Below, in pieces: positions 45,403 to 52,555 of a stretch of 64,000 nucleotides of DNA (position 1 is the stretch's first letter; every line of letters begins with the position of its first letter). Both the position numbers and the translations under genes were made by a program. Source of the stretch: Gemmatimonadales bacterium (GTDB lineage Bacteria > Gemmatimonadota > Gemmatimonadetes > Gemmatimonadales > GWC2-71-9); NCBI GenBank assembly GCA_036558125.1, contig DATBGE010000146.1:52222-116221 (forward strand), in the 5' to 3' direction. A model generated the notes under the pieces. That model was given only the letters and a program-made list of their open reading frames with translations. It was not told the origin of the DNA and searched no databases.

Positions 45403-45782
45403 TTCCCGATCATGACCTCGGTGGACTTGATGACTGCGAAAACCTCGTCGCCCACTTTCAATCCCATCCGTTCGACCGAGTTCCTCGTGATGATCGAGAC
45501 CAACTCCTGATCGCCGATCCGAAGGCGTATCTCCGCCATGACACCGTCGACGTGCAGGGAGGCGATGCGACCGCGAAGCCGGTTTCGGGCGCTAAGGTCC
45601 TGGACTGGTGCTGGAGCGCTTTCACCTGGGCTTCCGAGGAGCGCTTCGATCTTCGCACGGGAGAAGAGCCATTTGCGGCCCACACGACTCGCTGGGAGTT
45701 TGCCGTCGCGAGCCAATGTCTGAACTCGCTTCTTGTTGAGCCGAAGCAGAGCGGCGACCTCTTCCACGCCTAGTGTATCCAT
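45399..45782 (-). CDS. HTH (excisionase/MerR-type) plus TOBE/Mop-domain regulator, probably molybdate-responsive
   Basis: N-terminal HTH LGVEEVAALLRLNKKRVQTLARDGKLPASRVGRKWLF. C-terminal Mop/TOBE domain ARNRLRGRIASL...AVIKSTEVMI. Confidence 0.8.
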   Translation of the reverse strand: MDTLGVEEVAALLRLNKKRVQTLARDGKLPASRVGRKWLFSRAKIEALLGSPGESAPAPVQDLSARNRLRGRIASLHVDGVMAEIRLRIGDQELVSIITRNSVERMGLKVGDEVFAVIKSTEVMIGK

Positions 45783-45796
45783 ATTGGCCGTTTGTT

Positions 45797-45828
45797 GGCT
45801 ATTATAGCCCCTTAAAGGGTCCTAGCAA
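45797..45828 (-). promoter_or_regulatory. Sigma-70-type promoter of the mod operon, with a palindromic operator over the -10 box
   Basis: The minus strand reads TTGCTA (45828-45823), a 16-nt spacer, then TATAAT (45806-45801). A perfect 13-bp palindrome GGCTAT-A-ATAGCC spans 45797-45809. The start codon lies about 12 nt beyond the expected transcription start and has no SD. Confidence 0.55.
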
Positions 45829-45984
45829 GCGCGCCTAGGCCTCCTGGGTCAATCCTCCCCACTTATGGCCGAAGGATGCGATCGATTGGCGTCCACCTTT
45901 GAAACGTAGCCGGCTAACGCCTTTGACCCCATGGTAGTCCCAGAAATGTGGCCTCCGCACCGCAATGAGGTCGTGATGAGGCCC

Positions 45985-46227
45985 GCAAGGGGGGCTGGAC
46001 AGGGGGTGGGGGGGGTGAGCTAGACTGGGCTTGCGGCCCCTGTCCAGCAGGGGGCGTGTTTGCATCCTCCGACCGAGCGGAGGGTCCACTCCTCACAGCT
46101 GACTCTCTCCTTGAGCTGTGGGGCCCCCAGTAGCGGGGGGGGCGAGGCCAATCTTCCCTGACAGGCTTCTCGGGCTGTCACGGGGGGGCCAGACCGAGTC
46201 CCGCACCAACAATGAAAAGAGGAGTTT
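45985..46227 (+). other. G-tract-rich multi-hairpin region of unknown function (possible structured leader or ncRNA)
   Basis: G6 at 45989-94, G5 at 46002-06, G8 at 46008-15, G5 at 46050-54, G8 at 46135-42 and G7 at 46182-88. Hairpins: CTGGACAGGGG/CCCCTGTCCAG (45995-46005 with 46037-46047), CCTCCG/CGGAGG (46066-46083), CACAGCT/AGCTGTG (46094-46120) and TGACAG/CTGTCA (46159-46180). Confidence 0.5.
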
Positions 46228-47460
46228 GTGAACGTCCTGGTGTTGGGAGCCGGCGCGGTGGGGACCGTGTCCGCCCTGAAATTCGCGCAGCATCCCATGG
46301 TGACCAGGCTGGTCATCGCGGATGCTGTCCCTGGTCGAGCCCAGCTGCTCGCCGACCGCATTGGAAGCCCGCGCGTGAGCGCCATGACGCTCGACGCCGG
46401 AAACCGTAGTGATCTCGCCCGAGCCATTCGCGAAACCGGTACGACCATCCTGCTGAACGCTGCCCTTCCGGCCACCAACCTGGTCGTGATGCGGGCGTGT
46501 CTTGATGGCGGATGCGACTACATCGACATGGCCAGCGGCGGAGCCGCCATGGATGGCACCCCGAAACTTCCCGACCAGTTCGCCCTCGACCACGAGTTCA
46601 AGGCCGCGGGACGTCTGGCAATCCTGGGAATGGGGGCTGATCCGGGAACCAGTAACGTCTACGCCGCGTACGCCGCCAAGCACCTGCTCGATACGGTGAC
46701 TGAGCTGCGGGTACGGGACGGCGACAATTCTGTCTGCCAGGGCCACGATGGATTCCTGGCCGCCTTTAGTCCGTGGGTCTTCATCGACGAGTGCCTCTGC
46801 GGCGCCATCTCCTGGCGCGATGGGACCTATCACCTCGAGGAGCCGCTCTCCGGTTTCGAGCCCTTCAACTTCCCGGAGCTCGGGGTTCTCAATACCTACT
46901 ACGTCGACCACGAAGAGGCCCGCACCCTGCCGATGTTCTTTCCCGGCCTGACGGTGGCGGACTTCAAGCTGTGCATGGACGATGTGACCTGGCAGACCCT
47001 GCGGGTCTTGAAGCAGATGGGACTCTCCCGGACCGACAAGGTGCGGGTGGGAGACACCGCGGTTTCACCGCGCGATGTCGTCGTCGCCCTGTTGCCTCAG
47101 CCTGGCGATCTCGCCGGAAGGATGCGGGGAAAGACCTGCGTTGGCACGATGGCGCGCGGAATTCGCAACGGGCAGGAACGCAGCTTCTACATCTATAATG
47201 TGACCGACCACGAGAAGGTCCATGCCGAACTTGGAGTTCAGGCCACGGCCTACCAGACCGGAGTTCCTCCGGTCATCGCGGCCGAGTTGATGGCTAATGG
47301 TCGTTGGAGCGGAGTCGGCGTCATGTCTCCCGAGCAGTTCGATCCCGATCCCTTCCTGGCCCGCCTCGGCGCCATGGGAATGCCCTGGCACGTCCGGGAT
47401 GAGGACACGGGGAAGGTCGATGCGGTTGAGGTGGATTTCGCCGAACCGGTAGCGGCGTAA
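46228..47460 (+). CDS. Saccharopine dehydrogenase-family NAD(P)-binding protein
   Basis: GTG start preceded by GAGGAG. Rossmann motif VLVLGAGAVGT. About 410 aa, typical of the family. Confidence 0.8.
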   Translation: MNVLVLGAGAVGTVSALKFAQHPMVTRLVIADAVPGRAQLLADRIGSPRVSAMTLDAGNRSDLARAIRETGTTILLNAALPATNLVVMRACLDGGCDYIDMASGGAAMDGTPKLPDQFALDHEFKAAGRLAILGMGADPGTSNVYAAYAAKHLLDTVTELRVRDGDNSVCQGHDGFLAAFSPWVFIDECLCGAISWRDGTYHLEEPLSGFEPFNFPELGVLNTYYVDHEEARTLPMFFPGLTVADFKLCMDDVTWQTLRVLKQMGLSRTDKVRVGDTAVSPRDVVVALLPQPGDLAGRMRGKTCVGTMARGIRNGQERSFYIYNVTDHEKVHAELGVQATAYQTGVPPVIAAELMANGRWSGVGVMSPEQFDPDPFLARLGAMGMPWHVRDEDTGKVDAVEVDFAEPVAA

Positions 47461-47506
47461 GCCGGGGCCATCCGCTATCGGTGACGGGTCTGTGAAGGCT
47501 CCGCCG

Positions 47507-47540
47507 ACACGAAGCCCTCCGCGACGGCGGAGGGCTTCGT
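47507..47540. terminator. Bidirectional intrinsic terminator
   Basis: 15-bp stem CACGAAGCCCTCCGC-gacg-GCGGAGGGCTTCGTG followed by TTT. Lies between convergent stops. Confidence 0.85.
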
Positions 47541-47553
47541 GTTTCCGGAGGGT

Positions 47554-48357
47554 CTAGAACTGGATGGACATTGACGCCGAGGCGCCATTGGGGGTGGCGA
47601 GGAAATGGGGCTGGCCCAGGCCGAAGATGGTCCATTTGCCATCCATGATCATGGCGCTGGTAATTCCTACTGCGGCCCCGCCCAGCACGTCGCTCAGCCA
47701 GTGCTTGTTGTCGTTGATGCGGGACCAACCAGTGAGCGATGCAGCACTGAAGAGCCCGATCTGGGCCGGCAGGAAATGCACCTCATTGCTGACCGAGGTG
47801 GCAAGGGCGAATGCCATCGCGGTGTGTCCTGAAGGGAAAGCATCGTTGCCGGAGAACGGCTCGAACTCATCCGGATCGGTGGTGGCGTTGGGACGTTTCC
47901 GGCCCACGACCTGCTTGATAATGGTGTTCGTCGCTCCTGCCGTGAGTAGCGAACCCGTGATGCGTCCACCTGCCCTGGCGATATCGTCATCGCCGGCAAT
48001 CAAGCCTGTCAGAAGGGTTCCCAGGCCAACGGTAGCATAAACCTCGGGCTGGCCCATGTGCCTGAATACTTTCGCGACGTCATCCTTGGTCTCCGTCCGG
48101 TGATTCTGGCTGTAATCCCGGACCTCGTCGTCCAGAAAACCGCTCAGCGCTACGACTCCGGCTACCGCCGCTGCTTCATACCACTGTATCGCATGCGGCT
48201 CAGCACCGGATCCGCCGCTGCCGGATCGCCGTTTCATGGATGACTGGGCAAATGGACTCACCCAGGCCTCGAAATGCGTAGGCTCCCTCGGCACCTGCGC
48301 AAATAGAGACGCAGGCACGAAAGTGACTGTTAGTGACCAGCAGATCAGGTTGCGCAT
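47554..48357 (-). CDS. PAP2-family (type 2 acid) phosphatase
   Basis: Signal peptide and three PAP2 motifs: KQVVGRKRP, PSGH and SRINDNKHWLSD. Confidence 0.85.
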   Translation of the reverse strand: MRNLICWSLTVTFVPASLFAQVPREPTHFEAWVSPFAQSSMKRRSGSGGSGAEPHAIQWYEAAAVAGVVALSGFLDDEVRDYSQNHRTETKDDVAKVFRHMGQPEVYATVGLGTLLTGLIAGDDDIARAGGRITGSLLTAGATNTIIKQVVGRKRPNATTDPDEFEPFSGNDAFPSGHTAMAFALATSVSNEVHFLPAQIGLFSAASLTGWSRINDNKHWLSDVLGGAAVGITSAMIMDGKWTIFGLGQPHFLATPNGASASMSIQF

Positions 48358-48421
48358 AGGGGCGGAAATCTACTACCTTCGTGGCCGGCGCGTTTCCCCT
48401 AACTCTTTGCCGAGCCTATCG

Positions 48422-48790
48422 ATGCGTCGCACCATCCCGATTCTCCTCGGACTTATCGCAAGCCTCGCTTGTCGCGACTACAACTTGGAGCGCCATGTTG
48501 CGGGTCAGGCTGGGCTGGTCCCGGCTGACAAGTTCGCCAGCTATGGCCGCGAGCAGGCCATCGCCGTCGCGATCGGCCGGGAATTCGCTCGGCCCTATAA
48601 CTCCGGTCCCGAGGCGCAGGCGGAGATCGCCACGACCTACGCGCGGAACAAGTTTGGCGCGGACATCGTTGATATTACGCCCGACCCGCTGGGACATCGC
48701 CTCACGGTGACGTTCAAGAGCGGCTGGCGGACGGCGATCGTCCCAATCGACGACGGAAAGACCGGGGACGAAACTAGGGTCCCATCCTGA
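48422..48790 (+). CDS. Hypothetical lipoprotein
   Basis: ATG 48422 and a lipobox (LIASLAC). No other motif recognised. Confidence 0.55.
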   Translation: MRRTIPILLGLIASLACRDYNLERHVAGQAGLVPADKFASYGREQAIAVAIGREFARPYNSGPEAQAEIATTYARNKFGADIVDITPDPLGHRLTVTFKSGWRTAIVPIDDGKTGDETRVPS

Positions 48791-49113
48791 CGGCGCTACT
48801 TCAAGTCACTACCACGGTTCCTTCGAAGGAGCTGGCGCGTCGCATCGCAGATACGGTCGTCGCTGAGCGGCTTGCGGCATGCGCTCAAATATTCGGTCCC
48901 ATTACGAGCGTATATCGCTGGCAGGGAGCGATAGAGGAAGCCTCCGAGTGGTATTGCCTGCTCAAGACCAGCGCGGTCGCTTATCCCGGTCTCGAAGCTC
49001 GCATTCGTTCGCTCCACCCGTACGAAGTACCGGAAATCGTCGCAACCCCGATAGTAGCGGCCGCCGAACGCTACGCGGCGTGGATCGCCGAGGAAGTAAG
49101 GAGTGAGGAGTAA
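48787..49113 (+). CDS. cutA: Divalent-cation tolerance protein CutA (not in the ORF track; no canonical start)
   Basis: My translation is LTALLQVTTTVPSKELARRIADTVVAERLAACAQIFGPITSVYRWQGAIEEASEWYCLLKTSAVAYPGLEARIRSLHPYEVPEIVATPIVAAAERYAAWIAEEVRSEE*, which fits the CutA pattern (ERLAAC...Y.W.G...E..L..KT...HPYE.PEI). The frame opens after TAG 48775-77. The only plausible start is CTG 48787, overlapping the upstream TGA (CTGA). Confidence 0.7.
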   Translation: MTALLQVTTTVPSKELARRIADTVVAERLAACAQIFGPITSVYRWQGAIEEASEWYCLLKTSAVAYPGLEARIRSLHPYEVPEIVATPIVAAAERYAAWIAEEVRSEE

Positions 49114-49210
49114 GGTGTAAGCAGCTGGACACAAGAAACGTCCCCTGCTTACCTCTCACACCTCACTCCTCGCTCCTCACTCCTTACTCCCTTTACGCCT
49201 CACGCTTCAC
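49095..49210. repeat. Heptamer-built imperfect hairpin (TAAGGAG/TGAGGAG arm against a CTCCTNA arm)
   Basis: The left arm TAAGGAG TGAGGAG TAAGGTG TAAGCAG spans 49097-49124. The loop is 20 nt. The right arm CTGCTTA CCTCTCA CACCTCA CTCCTCG CTCCTCA CTCCTTA CTCCCTT starts at 49145. The left arm encodes the last cutA codons and the stop. Confidence 0.9.
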
Positions 49211-49226
49211 TCCATCCGGGGATCCC

Positions 49227-50618
49227 ATGCCCGCTCGCCCCGATGCTCCGCTCGCGGAGTACCTCTACCTGCTCGCCGGCGATCCGGAAGACTTCGTCGC
49301 CGCCTGTGCCGACCTTCTCCCCGCCGACATCGTCGAGGCCCTGAACGACCTCCCGCCTGATGCAGCGTCGAAGGTGGTGAGCGCTCTCCCCTTCCATACC
49401 GCGGTAGAAGTCTTCGACCAGCCTGAGTTGGAGGCGCGGGACGAGATTGTCGAGCGGCTGCCGGACGATATCGCAGCCCCGCTGGTGCAGGCAATGTCAG
49501 CAGACCAGCAGGTGCGGCTCTTCCGGAGCATCAAGGGCTCGGACCGGGCCCGGTTGGGCTACTGTCTCGATGCGCCCACCCGGGATCAGCTCAAGCTGCT
49601 CATCAGCTACCCGCCGCAGAGCGCGGGAGGCCTGATGACGACGGAGTTTGTCGGCGTCCCCTCGACCTGGACGGCGGCCCAGGTGCGCCAGTATGTGCAC
49701 GAGGTGGGCAGCGCCAAGGAGACCGTCTACGCCATCTACGTCCTGGACGAGAAGACCCAGCGTCTCGAGCAGGTCATTTCACTGCGGGAAGTGATGACCG
49801 CGGCCGATACGACGCCGGTCAGGGAGATCGGGGACACCCGGAAACCGGTTACCACCCGCCCTCTCACCGATCGTGAGGAAGTGGCGCGTCTCATCGCCAA
49901 GTACAACCTGCTCGCGATACCGGTCGTCGACGAAGCCAATCACGTCCTCGGCATCGTCACCGTAGACGACGTGATCGATGCGCTGGTCAAAGAACAAACC
50001 GAGGATGTTCAGAAGTTCGGTGGTATGGAGGCGCTCGATCAGCCCTACATGGAGATCAGTCTGCCGCAGATGATCCGGAAGCGGGCCGGCTGGCTCTGCG
50101 CACTCTTCTTGGGGGAAATGCTCACGGCCACCGCCATGGGCTATTTCGAACATGAGATCGAACGGGCTGTGGTGCTGGCGATCTTCCTGCCGCTCATCAT
50201 CAGTTCGGGCGGTAACTCGGGCTCTCAGGCCACGTCTCTGATCATCCGGGCGATGGCGCTGCGCGAGGTGGGGCTTCGCGACTGGTGGAGGGTCGCTGCA
50301 CGGGAGATCCCCGCCGGGATCACGCTAGGTGTGATCTTGGGGATCATCGGCTTCATTCGCATCGTGGCGTGGCAGGACCTGGGCCTCTACGACTACGGCC
50401 CGCACTATCTACTGGTCGCGATGACAGTCGGACTGGCACTGGTGGGGGTCGTCCTTTTCGGCTCGCTGACTGGCTCCATGCTGCCCTTCGTGCTCCGGCG
50501 GATCGGCTTTGACCCGGCCAGCGCCTCGGCACCGTTCGTGGCCACGCTGGTGGATGTCACCGGCCTGATCATCTTCTTCACCGTGGCGCTGGTGGTGCTG
50601 AAGGGGACGCTACTCTGA
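49227..50618 (+). CDS. mgtE: Magnesium transporter MgtE
   Basis: MgtE N-domain, CBS pair and a C-terminal 5-TM domain carrying IISSGGNSGSQ and PFVATLVDVTG. Confidence 0.95.
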   Translation: MPARPDAPLAEYLYLLAGDPEDFVAACADLLPADIVEALNDLPPDAASKVVSALPFHTAVEVFDQPELEARDEIVERLPDDIAAPLVQAMSADQQVRLFRSIKGSDRARLGYCLDAPTRDQLKLLISYPPQSAGGLMTTEFVGVPSTWTAAQVRQYVHEVGSAKETVYAIYVLDEKTQRLEQVISLREVMTAADTTPVREIGDTRKPVTTRPLTDREEVARLIAKYNLLAIPVVDEANHVLGIVTVDDVIDALVKEQTEDVQKFGGMEALDQPYMEISLPQMIRKRAGWLCALFLGEMLTATAMGYFEHEIERAVVLAIFLPLIISSGGNSGSQATSLIIRAMALREVGLRDWWRVAAREIPAGITLGVILGIIGFIRIVAWQDLGLYDYGPHYLLVAMTVGLALVGVVLFGSLTGSMLPFVLRRIGFDPASASAPFVATLVDVTGLIIFFTVALVVLKGTLL

Positions 50619-50651
50619 GAGTGTCGGGGGAAAGTACTGCGACTGAGGCCG

Positions 50652-50686
50652 TCATCACGTTTCACGCCTTACGTCTCACGTCCCCA
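50652..50686. repeat. Heptamer array TCATCAC GTTTCAC GCCTTAC GTCTCAC GTCCCCA
   Basis: Five in-phase 7-mers ending in CAC or TAC, located between the mgtE stop and the cheB stop. The last units overlap the cheB 3' end. Confidence 0.75.
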
Positions 50687-51722
50687 CGTCCTTCCGCCCC
50701 AGCTCTCCCTGTCCGACTTCTTCCAGCACCGCCGCGATCTCCTGCAGGCTCAGCATCCAGTCCACGCCGCCACGCAACAACGCCGCGCGGGGCATGCCGT
50801 AGACGGTACAGCTTGCTTCATTCTCCGCGATGGTGCGACCTCCGTGAGCGCGAATGATGCTCATCGCCTCCGCCCCATCATCCCCCATCCCCGTCAGCAG
50901 GACGCCGAGCACTTTCCCTCGCCTGGCACGGTCGGCTGATTTCATGAGGACGTCAACGCTTGGAGCATGACGTGCCTCATGCGGCTCGGCGGAGAGCAGT
51001 ACGGTCAGATTGTGGCTCAACCGAAGCTGGCGTCCCGCCGGCGCGATCAGGACCCGACCCGGAGCGAGTCGCTCGCCCTCTTTCGCCTCCGCGACCCGTA
51101 GCCGGCAAAGGGAATTGAGCCGGTCGGCAAACGGTGCCGTGAATCCCGCGGGCATATGCTGCACGATTGCCAGCGGCAACGGAAAGGATGCAGGCAGACG
51201 TTCAAGGATGTACTGCAATGCGGCGGGCCCGCCGGTGGAGGCTCCGATCACACACAGCTCACAGTGGCTCAGGTCAACCGCCGGAACTGCCGCCGCGGGA
51301 CGCCGAACCGCCGGTCGGGGCTCCCGGCTTCCTGGCCGCCAGGCTCGCAGCCGGTCAACCAGCTCGCGTCCCAGTCCGTCCAGGTCCATCAGGTTGATGG
51401 CCGTCTTGTCGATGAAATCCGCCGCGCCCAGGCTCAAAGCCTCGAGGGTTGCCGCGGCGCCGTCCCTGGTATGCGCCGAGAGCATGATCACGTGGAGGCT
51501 CGGGCGCCATCCCAGGAGGGCCCGCAGGGTGGCCAGGCCGTCCATCCCATGCATGGCCACATCGAGCGTTACGACATCGGGGTCCGCAGCGGGGATTCGT
51601 TCGAGCGCCTCATGACCATTCGCGGCTTCTCCCACGACCTGGCACTCAGGCTGACCTGAGAGCACCCGGGTCAGTGCCTTGCGGATAAAGGCCGAGTCAT
51701 CAACCACGAATACCCGGATCAC
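50676..51722 (-). CDS. cheB: Chemotaxis response regulator protein-glutamate methylesterase
   Basis: Receiver domain (VVDDSAF...LDVAMHGMDG) plus a methylesterase domain (GASTGGP...GMGDDG). Confidence 0.9.
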   Translation of the reverse strand: MIRVFVVDDSAFIRKALTRVLSGQPECQVVGEAANGHEALERIPAADPDVVTLDVAMHGMDGLATLRALLGWRPSLHVIMLSAHTRDGAAATLEALSLGAADFIDKTAINLMDLDGLGRELVDRLRAWRPGSREPRPAVRRPAAAVPAVDLSHCELCVIGASTGGPAALQYILERLPASFPLPLAIVQHMPAGFTAPFADRLNSLCRLRVAEAKEGERLAPGRVLIAPAGRQLRLSHNLTVLLSAEPHEARHAPSVDVLMKSADRARRGKVLGVLLTGMGDDGAEAMSIIRAHGGRTIAENEASCTVYGMPRAALLRGGVDWMLSLQEIAAVLEEVGQGELGRKDVGT

Positions 51723-52555
51723 GTCGCCTCTTGGGTTCGGCGGTACGCCATGGTCCCGTTGAGGAACAGTGGCTCGAAGGCTGGCATGCGATCTACCAGC
51801 GACTCCGAATGTCCCAGAAGCAGGTATCCCCCGGGCAACAGCAGCCGGCTGAAATGGCCGATGAGAGAGAGGAAAGCATCATCGTGGAAGTAGATCAGCA
51901 TGTTGCGGCACATGATCACGTCGTAGCCCGCCCAACCGAGCCCAACCGTGGGGGTGGCAAGGTTGCTCTGAAAGAAGTTCACGCCTTTGCGGTAGCGATC
52001 CTTGAGCTGGAACCGCTCGCCGCTCCGAATGAAGCAGCGCTGACGGACCTCGTCGTCACACACCCTGAGTGAGCCGGGCTCGTAGAGCGCCTTGCGCGCC
52101 TGTTCGATTCGGGTCGCATTCAAGTCGCACGCATCGATCTCCCACCGGTAGCCCTGGAGCTCCAGGCCGCTATCCACCAGGTTCACAACCAGCGAATACG
52201 GCTCCTCGCCCGAAGAACACCCCGCCGACAGCACCCGAAGCGGCCGGGTCCGCAGGACCGAATGAAGCGGCGGTATGACCTGGTTCAGGATGAACGCGAA
52301 GTGGTGTGGTTCGCGGAAGAAATAGGTCTCGTTATTGGTGATCCTGCGGGACAGCTCGGAGGTTTCCGCATCCCGTGCCGGGTGGAAGCTGAGATAGTGG
52401 TAGTACTCCCGGAACGTGTGCAGATGCAGGTCGCACAGCCTGGAGCGGAGCCGAGCCTCGAGGATGTCGCGCCGCGCTCCTTCGAAACTGAGCCCGAATC
52501 GCTCCCGGACGAAGTCGGCGATGAGCTTCCAGTCGGCTTCAGCTACCTCGCTCAT
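51719..52555 (-). CDS. cheR: Chemotaxis protein methyltransferase
   Basis: CheR pattern NETYFFREPHHF...SAGCSSGEEPYS...CRNMLIYF. Confidence 0.9.
   Translation of the reverse strand: MSEVAEADWKLIADFVRERFGLSFEGARRDILEARLRSRLCDLHLHTFREYYHYLSFHPARDAETSELSRRITNNETYFFREPHHFAFILNQVIPPLHSVLRTRPLRVLSAGCSSGEEPYSLVVNLVDSGLELQGYRWEIDACDLNATRIEQARKALYEPGSLRVCDDEVRQRCFIRSGERFQLKDRYRKGVNFFQSNLATPTVGLGWAGYDVIMCRNMLIYFHDDAFLSLIGHFSRLLLPGGYLLLGHSESLVDRMPAFEPLFLNGTMAYRRTQEAT

Noticed and set aside
45835-46227. tmRNA, RNase P RNA, SRP RNA or a known riboswitch (cobalamin, lysine, Moco or c-di-GMP) in the long intergenic region.
   Set aside because: I could not find the hallmark strings: GGATTCGAC or a TCCACCA end for tmRNA, GAGGAAAGTCC or ACAGAA for RNase P, the SRP GGAA tetraloop context, or the B12 box GCCACTG. 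Partial resemblances (GCCGAAGG and GCTGTCA for the L-box) are about 300 nt apart, which is too far. The region is left as unknown; only an Infernal search can settle it.
48796-49134. A 112-aa minus-strand ORF listed in the track.
   Set aside because: The plus strand here encodes a recognisable CutA. The minus-strand product has no motifs and is the antisense shadow.
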